Positions 26,101 to 35,630 of a stretch of DNA of 64,000 nucleotides are shown in pieces (positions within the stretch are counted from its first letter, which is position 1; every line of letters begins with the position of its first letter). The stretch covers positions 62,001 to 126,000 of the forward strand of contig NW_013657660.1 of the NCBI RefSeq assembly GCF_000142905.1. Direction: 5' to 3'. The position numbers and the translations under genes are program-made. The stretch is from Thecamonas trahens ATCC 50062 (lineage: Eukaryota; Protista; Apusomonadida). Under the pieces are notes generated by a model. It was given only the letters and a program-made list of their open reading frames with translations, searched no databases and was not told the DNA's origin.

Positions 26101-27714
26101 CACAAGCTCGGCCGCGTCGGCCTCCGAGCACGACCCGCCTGACGAGAACGAGAGCGACTCGATCGTCGTCGCTGCCTCCAGAGCTGCCCGCAAGTGGCTG
26201 ATCTCGTCCGCAGTCCCCGTCTTGATCCGCGTGTACGCGCCTAGGAGCGCCTCAAACTGGACCCGGAGGTCGTCGTACAGCGCTTGCAGCTCCGCGTGTG
26301 CACCACCCAGCGCATGCAGCCGGTGCGCCGCCGTTTCTGACGCCGCGTACAGCTCATCGCGCTCGGCCACCAGTGCCCGCCGGTCCGCGAGCGCCACGTC
26401 CAGAGACGCGTTCTCACTCTCCAGCCTCGCAATAGTCTCGGCGGCTGCTGCCGCCTCCTGCCGCAGCTCATTGAGTGACTCTTCGGCGTCGACAAGCGCT
26501 GCCTGAAGATGGCCCTTGCGCCGTGTCACCATCGCCGTCTGCGACGTCATCGACTCGAGCTCGCGCTGCGCCACGTCCAGCGCAATGACAAGGTCGGCCT
26601 TCTCAGCCTGGAGCTGCGCCTTTTCGCGGGTGAGCGTCGTAACCTGGCCACGCAGTTGCTTCGACGGGCCCGACGGCGACGATGCCACCAAGTTTTCCTT
26701 GTCTAGCGGAGTCCGCGCCGGTCGCGCCACTGGCCCGCTCCGCCGGTTCTCCTCCACCGCCCGCATCTGCTCAAACCGCAGCATGAGCGCCTCGGCCTTG
26801 CGCTGCAGCGCATCCCGCTCCTCTCCGAGCCGCTCGTTGGCCTCGCGCTCGTCCTCGAGCGAGTGCTCCAGCTCACGGATCCGTCTTGCCGCTGCTACCT
26901 GGCTTTCTTCGAGTTTGGTCCTCAGCCCGGCTGTTGAGTCGGCGCCGCGCTGTTCCGCACTCGCAGCCTCGGTCTCGAGCGCTACGTTGCGAGCCTCGAC
27001 GTTGCGCAGCTGCCGCTCCAGCTGCAACACACGCTCGTCCGCCACCGCCAGTCGCTCCGACAGCGCCGACCGCCGGTGGATCTCCTCGTGGAGTGTCACC
27101 GATATCGTGTCGAGGTCTGCCACAGCCGACGACGCGTCGGCCTCGGCCTCGAGCGCAACAATCCGCGCTGATGCGTCGTTGCGGTAACTCTCAAACGTGG
27201 TCTGGACTTCCTCCAGCGCCTGCGAGAGCGAGAGCGAGAGCTCTTTCTCCCGTGCCAGCGCGTTGCGGTGTGACTCGAGCAAGTCCTTGGCCTCGCTCAG
27301 CTCAGACTTGAGGCCCTGTGTCGTCGCCACCAGCAGCGACCGCTCGGCACCAAACCGCGCCTCGAGATCGCTCAGCTCCCGGGCATGCTCTGCGCTCAAT
27401 GTGTCCAGCGAGTAAAGCGCGCTCTCCAGCTCGCCCTCGTCGTCCGACGACGAGCTTGCCGCCAGCTCCGCGCCTGACCGCGACGAGCCCGGCCCGAGTG
27501 AGAGCAGCGCAAGCTGTGACCGGAGCTTAGCATTGGCTCTGGTCTTTGCCGCGCACGACGACAATAGCGACGCATTAGCCTCCGTCAGCTGAGCCACGTT
27601 CCCAGCAGCCGCCGACTGCTGCGCCAGCGCCGAAGTCAGCAGCGTCCGGAAGTGCGGGAGACGGTCGGCGGGCAAGTGGCTCTCGCAAAAGAGCGCCACA
27701 GCTTCCAGCGCCAT
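8106..27714 (-). CDS. Giant (~6,500 aa) repetitive coiled-coil protein; reading frame broken at ~20495, ~20360, ~17363, ~16771 and ~16376
   Basis: Six consecutive minus-strand ORFs (from MALEAVALF at 27714 to stop at 8106) have the same A/E/L-rich heptad composition. Each junction is repaired by adding one base. Internal repeats continue across the first two junctions. Confidence 0.8.
8740..9360 (-). repeat. Coding tandem repeats SEANKAKYKAVKAEL + (QETQAEL/EETQAEL)n heptads
   Basis: About 6 copies of gccttgtacttggccttgttggcctcggac, with variable numbers of 21-bp units between them. Confidence 0.92.
9830..11060 (-). repeat. 273-bp (91-aa) near-identical coding repeats (PSGHNLAAAATVVQVARAGRDVVGELEQLSAENARL...)
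   Basis: Identical shadow ORFs at 10221, 10494 and 10767 are spaced 273 bp apart; variant copies flank them. Confidence 0.95.
20260..21640 (-). repeat. 501-bp (167-aa) coding duplication plus partial copies
   Basis: Identical shadow ORFs at 20651 and 21152 are 501 bp apart. Confidence 0.92.
23220..25040 (-). repeat. Heptad-based coding minisatellite (LEAAEAK/VAEIEPK/LAAAEAR/VTELEA), 21-bp modules
   Basis: About 1.8 kb of shuffled 21-bp units. Confidence 0.95.
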
Positions 27715-27943
27715 GTGCTCTGCGTGACGCTGCGTGTTTGTGTGTGTGCGTGTGTGTGTGTGTATGTATGTGTGTATGCGACTGTTGCTTCTCTGCTCGC
27801 TCGGCTCTGCTCCCACGCCCACGTGCAGTGTCCTTCTCTCGGCTCTCGGTACTCTGCCTGCCTTCGCGCTCGCGCCGAATGCTGAACCGCCGACTAGGTG
27901 AATCGCCCTGAAACCGCACCTCTGCCAAGTGACTTTTACGCTG

Positions 27944-29403
27944 CTACCGCTCGTCACTGTCGGTCGAGTCCATGAACAGTGCATCGATGCGGGTCGGCGT
28001 CGGTGCCTTGGGCTCGTCCAAGGCGAGATGCGAGATGTCGAGCTGGGTCACAGAGGTCTGCCGCCGGCTGGCCATGGGCGTTGCTTCGATGAGCTCTTGT
28101 GCCTCATGGGCGCAGTCGTCCGACGACTCGTCGTGGGCCAGCTCCTTCTCGTTGGCGATGTGCTGGAGCTGCGAGGCGTCAAAGTCGATGTCGTCTGTCG
28201 ACGTCTCACCCCCGCCGTGGCCCATCAGCCTGTCCAGGTCATCCAGGTCGTCGATGCTCTCTACCGGTGGCGGGTGCGCTCCGGCAAGCGGCGGCGGCGG
28301 CGGCGGGAGCGAGCCGGTGCTGGCCTCGGCGGCAGGTGCGGCCGGACGCGGCGAAGGCGCAGCACAAGCCTCCTCGGCTGCGTGAGCCTCGCTCGTTTCA
28401 TCGCTGCTCGCAAGCCGCGAGCCGTGGACTCGCTCCTCTTCGGTCTTGAGAAAGTCGGGAAAGTCCGGGACCGGCGGCGGCTCGTCGATGGGCGTGTCTT
28501 CGATGACTGGCTCTGGAGCCTTGAGAAACGCGTGTGCCGGATGCAGTTCCGAGCCCAGGTCGCGGGTATGCTCATCTTCGTGCTTACCTGCGACGTGTGA
28601 AATCCAGAACGCCACCTCGCCCACGCGGACCGAGTACGGCGGCAGCGGCGTGCCGAGCATCGGGTCCCACATCGCCGCCAGCGCCGGCGCGAGCTTCTTG
28701 CCGAGGGCGTAGTACCGCCGCGCGAGAAGCGGCCTGTTTGTCAGCACCGCCGTATACGCCAGCAGCCGGTACGCACGCGACAGATAAATGGCGTCCATCG
28801 ACGCCGCTCGGATGTACGCAATGAGGTCCTTGCGCGCCTTGGACACCGCGTCGGCGTCGCCGAGACAGATCAGTGCGTTGGCCCGAAAGTACGGCGCCGG
28901 CGAGAGGTCATCGTCGGCCTGCAGTGCAACAGCCATCGACAGGTCGTACACTGCCAGCCGGAGGCCCTTGTCCTTGGCCGACGGCACACGGTGCTGCCGC
29001 GCCCGATTGTACCGCACCACCCCGCGGAGGAACCAGAGCAGGCCGTCGTTGGGATAAGCCTCGATGGCCGCGGTCAGCGCTTTGGTCGCCTTTGGCCGCG
29101 AGACCACAAACGAGGTTAGCACTGCCGAGGCCCGCGGCGGGACCTCGGGATCCGACGCCAGCATCGCCAGCAGCTGCGGGCTCAGCCCACCCCCGGCGCG
29201 CCCCTCAGCTTCTCCTGCTCCAGTCGCAGCGCCTCCGCCAGCTTGGCTCCAGCCGTGGCGGGGTCCCACTCTGCCATCTCCCGCGCTTCTTCCACACACG
29301 AAACTGCATGTCGCCACTGTGCGTAGGCCGAGCCGAGCGGTGCACCCGGCAGAGGCAGGCCGACATCGGCCAGCTCCACCTCGTACTGCGCGAGCGCGTT
29401 CAT
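27944..29403 (-). CDS. TPR-like repeat protein with acidic/Pro-rich tail; one frame break at ~29190-29204
   Basis: ALTAAIEAYPNDGLLWFLRGVVRY / AVYDLSMAVAL / APYFRANALICLG resemble TPR helices. The N-terminus MNALAQYEVE...KLRGAPG lies in the adjacent frame and joins by a -1 shift in a G run. Confidence 0.6.
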
Positions 29404-29493
29404 CGCCACTCACCCGCCGCAACAAGCTCAACAAGCTCAGCGCCCGTGACAAAGGACGTCAGGTAGAAGTAAACGCGTGTGAGTGAGCGAGAA

Positions 29494-29525
<32 letters not shown>

Positions 29526-29673
29526 GTCTGGAAGCGTCGAGAGTGTATCCGCATTCACCCTCACACCACCTGGCCTCTGCCCGCGTCGGCTGTCGGACCG
29601 CCGTCCGCCGGCTCACGCCAACCGCTCAACCGCCGACCAACAACCGCCCAATGGTACCCCCCCATTACTGCCA

Positions 29674-32600
29674 ATGGCCACCACCAATGGACAGTCGGCT
29701 GGCAGGCCACAGTTCTCTCGCAGCATGAGTCGCTCCGGCCGCAGAGACTCGTTCCGCGAGCCGGTCACAGCCGACGAGGCTAATGCTATTGCTAAGCGTG
29801 TACGCCTGCCAGATTGTTCTTCCCCTCTCTCCTTCCCTGCCTGCCCTCTTTTTGTCCTTGCATTGCCCAGAGGCAGCAGCAAAAGGCCGTGCGGCGTGCC
29901 GAGCCGGTGATGGCCAAATTCAGGTGAAAGGCTGGCATTTTTTCGCCCTGTCTCCCTCGCCTTCCTCGCCTTCCTCGCCCTCCCCACACTGCTAGCGCCA
30001 CACCACAGCCACCCACCACCTTGCTCGAGACAGCTTTGGTGCAGTTGTAGAAGACCATCCCCCCCTCCCCTCTGCTAGTTTGCCATGCCCATCTGACGCA
30101 TGGCGTCGGCTACGCTCCGTTCCCAGCACCTGATCACGATCACCGGGTGAACTCACCGACGCCGACGACCCCCAGACCTTCACCAAGTGGATCAACTCGC
30201 AGGTGGAGAAGCATGGGCTCAATGTGGACGATTTGGCGACGGACTTGGACACAGGAGTGGTCCTTTGTATTTTGCTGGAGGAGTTGTCGGGCATGAACGT
30301 CGGCCCGTACACCACCAAGGTTAAGAACCAGTTCATGGGCACCGCCAACCTCAACACAGCCATGACCTTCCTCATGGACACCGCCAAGATTCCGCTCGTC
30401 AACATCGGTGCCGAAGACATCCAGCACCACAACCTCAAAATCATCATGGGCCTCATCTGGCAGCTCATCATCCGGTTCGAGCTGCAGGGCGAGGACGGCA
30501 AGGGCGGCGAGAAGGCCGCCAAGTCGGCCATGCTCTCGTGGATCCACGACACGCTCGGCGCCATGGGTAACGACATGCGCATCGACGACTTTAAGCGCTC
30601 ATTCATGGACGGCAAGGCCTTTCTTGCCATCCTGCACTCGCTCGACCCGAGTCTGCTCACCGAGGAGCAGCTGGCGTGCGACGATGCCCGGACCAACCTT
30701 GAGCTCGCCTTTTCGCTTGCCGAGGAGCACTTTGGCGTCGCACGCATCCTTGACGTCGAGGACATGCTCAACGGCGGTGACGAGCGCGCCGTCCTCACCT
30801 ATGTCTCACAAATCTTCAAGGCCCAGCGCGCCATGTCCGAGGCCAAGATGAAGGATCTGGAGGCGCTGCGCGCTGCCCATGCCGCCGAGCAAGCGTCCAA
30901 GGCCGAGCTGGAGACCTCGCTTGGCGACGCCGAGGCCCGCATCCTCGCTCTCGAGGCCCGCATCGACGAGCTGGAGAAGGCGTTGGCTGAGTCGGAGGAC
31001 GACTCGGCCGCCAAGGCTGCCCAGATTGCCGATCTTCGCGAGCAGCTGGCTGCCGCCAAGGCTCAGGCCGCCGACGCCGACGCCGGCGCCGCTCAGGCCC
31101 TGGCCGACCTCAAGGCCGAGCTCGACGCTCTTGATGCCAAGGCTGCTGCCAAGGCTGCCGAGGTCGAGAAGCTGCAGCGCGAGCTCGCCGCCGAGCGGAG
31201 CAAGGCCGAGACCGCCGAAGACGAGGCTGTACGAGGCCGCCGCCGTGCCAACACGCTCTCTTCAGAGCTCGAGGAAGCCGTCGGCGAGGCCGACGGCGCC
31301 AAGGCTGCGCTTTCGGACGCCAAGTCGAAGATTCGCTCGCTCGGCAGCGCACTTGCCGACGCCGAAGCTAACAACAAGCGCCTCGCTGCCGACCTTGCCC
31401 GTGCCCGTGACGACCTCGAGGACGCACAGGCGACGCCGACGCTAGACCTCTCCAAGTACGCGCCGCGCTCCGAGCTCGACGCTGCGCTCCGCGATCTTGT
31501 CGATGCCCGTAACGAGGGCGAGCTGGCAAAGGCCAAGGCTAGAGCGGCAGAGGCCCGCCTGGCCGAGTCTGAGGACGAGCTGGCCAGCCTCCGCCGTGAG
31601 GCCGACAAGGCTAAGCGTGCCGCCAAAGAGGCCAAGTCGGCCGTGCGCGAGACCGAGGACGCGCTGCTCCGTGCCAAGTCCTCGCGTCCGCGGGCCGGCT
31701 CGGTCGTCGACGTCTCCAAAGTCCGTGCCAAGGACCGCGAGCTCGCTGCTGCTGCTGCCGCAGCCGCCGACAAGGACGCCGAGATTGCCCGCCTCCGTAG
31801 TAAGCTGGAAGAGGCCCTCGGCGAGCTTGCCCGCGAGCGGAAGACCTCGCAGCGCCGCTCGCGCGCGCTCTCACAGGCGCCCCTCCCGCAGGATCTTGAT
31901 GACGTTTCGGACGAGCTCGACGCTGCTCGCCGTAAGCTCCGCAAGCTCGAGCGCGACAACGCCGATCTGATGGCGCGCCTGGCCGAGGCCGAGGCGCTTA
32001 TCGACTCTGCGTCCGGCGCCAATGCTACTCTCAAGGCCAACGCCGAGGCCCAAGTCCGCCAGCTCCGCGACGCGCTGCAGGGCCAGCTCAACGCTGCGCT
32101 CCTCACCAAGGACCGCGAGCTGGCGCGAGTGACCGAGGAGCGCGACGACGCCGCCGCCGACCGCGACGCCGCCGCCGCCGCTGCCGCTGCCGCTGCCAAG
32201 GAGAACAACCTACTGAGCACACGCGCGGCCGAGCTCGAGGCTGAGCTGGCCAAGGCCAAGGCCGACGCTGCAGACAAGCTCGCGCGGACCAAGCGGAAGC
32301 TAGAGGACCAGATTCGCTCGCTCCGGGAGGGCCAGCGCGGCTCGGTCACGCTCAACAACCACAATCTCGAGCTCATCGAGCAGCTCAAGGCCACCAACCG
32401 CAAGCTCAAGGAGGAGGCCCAGGCCCGTGAGGGCCGACTCTCGTCGCTGCAGGCCGAGCTCTCGGCAGCGCTCGCCGAGGCTGCCCGTGCCGAGACCAAG
32501 GCCGACACGCTCGCGGCCGACGCGTCGCGGATGAAGGCCCGACTCGGCGACCTCTCGTCCAAGCTCGAGGCGTCGGGCCTCGAGCTCTCCCGCGCGCAGA

Positions 32601-33448
32601 GCGAGATGACGCGGACCGTTGCCGAGCTCAATGCCAAGGACGCTCGGATCAAGTCGGTCGAGGCCCAGATGGCGGCTGCTGAGGACCGGGTCACCGACGA
32701 GCGCGAAAAGGCACGCCGCGCCGAAACTCGCGCCATCGAGGCCGAGGCTGAAGTTGACGCGCTCAAGGCGCTGGCCAAGCGCAAGGCTAACGCCAAGTCG
32801 GCATACGACGTCTCGGAGCTCCTCGCCCAGATCGACGCGCTCAAGAAGGAGAAGATCACCCTCCGCAAAAAGTGGAAGAAGGCTCGGACCCGCGCAGACG
32901 TCGCGTCCAGCGAGGCCGCCTCGGCGTCGACTCGCGCCGCCGAGGCATCGTCGGCTCTGGCCACCGCACAGGCGGATCTCCGCTCGGCCAAGGCCACCGC
33001 CGAAGACGCGACCCGCAAGGTCGCCTCGCTCGAGCATGCCCTCACCCGCGCCCACGACGACGCCGACGCCGCCAACGAGAAGCTTGCCCGTCGCGAGGAT
33101 GAGCGCACCATCCTCACCGCCCGCGTCGCCGACCTCGAGCTTGCCGTCGCCCGCAACCGCAACCCGACTGGCGTCGATCCCGACGAGCTCCTCGCTGCCA
33201 AGCGCGCCGCTGACGCCGAGGCCGCCCGCCTCCGCGCCGACGTCGCCCATCTCAGCTCGCTCCTCGACGACGTCAAGTCGCGCCTTTCGTCGGAGACCCG
33301 CCTCCGCGGCGACGCAGAGCGCGGCGCAGGCGAAGCCCAGGACGCAGTCCGCCGCATGGAGCGCAAGATTAAGCGCCTCCAAGGCGCCGTCTCGGGCCTC
33401 GAGACCGAGCTCGAGGACGAGCGCCGGCTCAGGTTGCGCGCTCGCTGA
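29674..33448 (+). CDS. Tandem calponin-homology (actinin-type actin-binding) + long coiled-coil protein, cortexillin-like architecture; exons 29674-29799 and 30176-33448
   Basis: A phase-0 intron GTACGC(29800)...CCCCAG(30175) gives AIAKR|TFTKWINSQ. Motifs DLDTGVVLCILLEELSG, NIGAEDI..NLKIIMGLIWQLIIRF, SFMDGKAFLAILH, NLELAFSLAEEHFGVARILD, DERAVLTYVS. Confidence 0.88.
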
Positions 33449-33595
33449 ACGACGTCGAAACTTGCGGTCACCCGCAGCCGCACGGCACGGACCTGACGCC
33501 CGGCCACCACTGACCCACGCCGCCCGCCAAACCCATACACACACACTTGTCCTTTCACCACCACCACCTTCCCTTCACTCACACACCAACCACTC

Positions 33596-34759
33596 ATGCT
33601 TCGCCTCGCGCTTACCGCGCCCCTGGCAGCATTCCGTCCAGCCGCGGCAGCCGCCGCCGCCGCGCCGCACCTGGCCCGCGCCGCGTCATCCACCCGGTCG
33701 TCGGCGGCGGCGACGACGACGTCTGTGCTCGGCAGCCGAAGCGCCGTGGCTCGGGCTCGTCGGCGGGCTGACGAAGCCGACAAGGCCGCCGGCATTGTGA
33801 GCAGACGGTCCGGGCAGGCGCTCGAGTGGTTTGAGGATAGAAAGCCGATGCGGCGGCTGGCGGCGGCGGCAGTAAGCTCGTCGACGGCGGCGGTGGCCGG
33901 CGGCCGCGAACTGCTGGGCGATCTGTGGCTGGGATGTGTCCGGCTCTTCCGCAACGCCCGGCTGACGGCTCGACTCGAGGCGCAGACGGCAGATGCGGTG
34001 CGGAAGCGGTTCTCGCGTCGCCGGAGGCAGCGGTTTGTGGACAAGACGTATGCCGATCTCAAGCGGCTCGTGCCGTTCGCCCTCCTCAAGGTCATGCCCA
34101 TGTCGACCGTCACCCTCCCGCTGGCCATCAAGGCCTTTCCTTCGCTCCTGCCGTCGACCTTTAAGCTCCGCATCCTCGGCGGATCGAGCGCCGAGTCGCG
34201 GGCGCAAGCGGCGGCCAAGGCGCGGTCGGCGGCGGCGGCCATGATCGCCAAGCTGCGGCTCGGCGAGCTCGCCCTCTCAGACCATGCCTTCCGGGCGCTG
34301 ACCTCGGAGCAGATGGCGCCGCTGCGGTATGTCCGCCGCGGCTCGCCGGTCTCGGCAGACGACATCATCGGCAACGAGTCTGTGTTTGTCGAGCACATGC
34401 GCCTGCCGGCCGCCCCGACTCCAGCACTCAAGTCACTGGCTGCAAGGATGGGCCTGCCCATGTGGGGCCCACGCTGGGTTGTCTACACCCGCCTCCTCCG
34501 CCACTTTAACCACATCATCCGCGACTCGGCCCTCATCCACGCCGAGGGCATGCATGCGCTCTCCCACGACGAGCTCATTGTCGCCGCCCGCGAGCGCGGC
34601 CTCCGCATCGAGGGTCTTACCGAGGCTCACATCGTTGCTGCCATCCGCGAGTTTAACAAGCTCGCCGCACACTCGCCGGCTCTTGTCTCTTCGCTGCTGC
34701 TCTTTGCCCATGGCAACTGCATCACCGAGTTGTGGCTTGCTCCGTCGACCCGGTTGTGA
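33596..34759 (+). CDS. LETM1/Mdm38-family mitochondrial inner-membrane protein (short, no EF hands)
   Basis: Arg/Ala-rich presequence; ADLKRLVPFALLKVMPMSTVTLPLAIKAFPSLLPSTF; EGMHALSHDELIVAARERGL. Confidence 0.85.
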   Translation: MLRLALTAPLAAFRPAAAAAAAAPHLARAASSTRSSAAATTTSVLGSRSAVARARRRADEADKAAGIVSRRSGQALEWFEDRKPMRRLAAAAVSSSTAAVAGGRELLGDLWLGCVRLFRNARLTARLEAQTADAVRKRFSRRRRQRFVDKTYADLKRLVPFALLKVMPMSTVTLPLAIKAFPSLLPSTFKLRILGGSSAESRAQAAAKARSAAAAMIAKLRLGELALSDHAFRALTSEQMAPLRYVRRGSPVSADDIIGNESVFVEHMRLPAAPTPALKSLAARMGLPMWGPRWVVYTRLLRHFNHIIRDSALIHAEGMHALSHDELIVAARERGLRIEGLTEAHIVAAIREFNKLAAHSPALVSSLLLFAHGNCITELWLAPSTRL

Positions 34760-34765
34760 GCGTGC

Positions 34766-35302
34766 TCAGCTCGAGCCTAGGCGAGAGCTCGAGCTCGGGC
34801 TCGACGAGCGGTCCGAGTCGGAGAGGCCGTCGCCATCAGTATCGATGGAGAGATGCGCCCGTTCGGCGCCATGGTGCGGGGTGTGGTGCATGCCGTCGGC
34901 GTCTGACGACTGCGAGCGGAGGAATGTCGACATGAGGACCTCCTCCTCCTCCTTGCGCTTCTTGACCTCGACTCGCTTGGGGATGATGCGGCAGCACCCG
35001 TTCCACAGCACGAACAAAGCAAGCAGACCCACAAAGACCACCGCAGCCATGAGCCCGATCCAGGTGCCGAGGTACACCTTTGAGTCTTCGGTGACCGGCG
35101 AGAGCGACGGCGGCGGCGGCGGCGCATTGGCCTGCACCACCGCAGCCATGTCCACTACGCAAACAACCACAAGGGCGCAAGCCACACACCAGTCGCCACG
35201 CCACGCTACCACTGCGCCACCTTGGCTCTGGCGGCTGGGCGTGGTGCTGCCGCTGACGCTGGTTGTCGTCCAGCGAGTCAGCCACCGGCCAGTCGCCGTC
35301 AT
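34766..35302 (-). CDS. Small membrane protein of unknown function
   Basis: Two hydrophobic segments (WCVACALVVVCVV; YLGTWIGLMAAVVFVGLLALFVLW) followed by CC and a basic patch; C/CA-rich tract upstream on the same strand. Confidence 0.6.
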   Translation of the reverse strand: MTATGRWLTRWTTTSVSGSTTPSRQSQGGAVVAWRGDWCVACALVVVCVVDMAAVVQANAPPPPPSLSPVTEDSKVYLGTWIGLMAAVVFVGLLALFVLWNGCCRIIPKRVEVKKRKEEEEVLMSTFLRSQSSDADGMHHTPHHGAERAHLSIDTDGDGLSDSDRSSSPSSSSRLGSS

Positions 35303-35630
35303 AGGGAAAGTGTGCGGTGGGATGTGTGTGTGTGTGTGTGTGTGGTGGGGGTAGGGGGGGGGGGGAGGGAGGGAAGGGAGGGAGGGTGGAGGGTGGAGGT
35401 GGTGGGGGAGGGGGAGCAGGTGGGGGTGGCGAGGGGGGGGAGGGGCAGTGTCCAGCCCTGGGCGGCGATCAGGGGGGACGTGATCAAGGCGGGGCGGAGC
35501 GGGGGCAACAGGAAAAGGGCTTCAACTCGGACCACTCAGCGCTCCTTCCTCCCCCTCACCACCACCACCACCACCACCACCACCACCACCACCGCCACCA
35601 CCGCCACCACTCATCCATTCCTCTCCCGTC

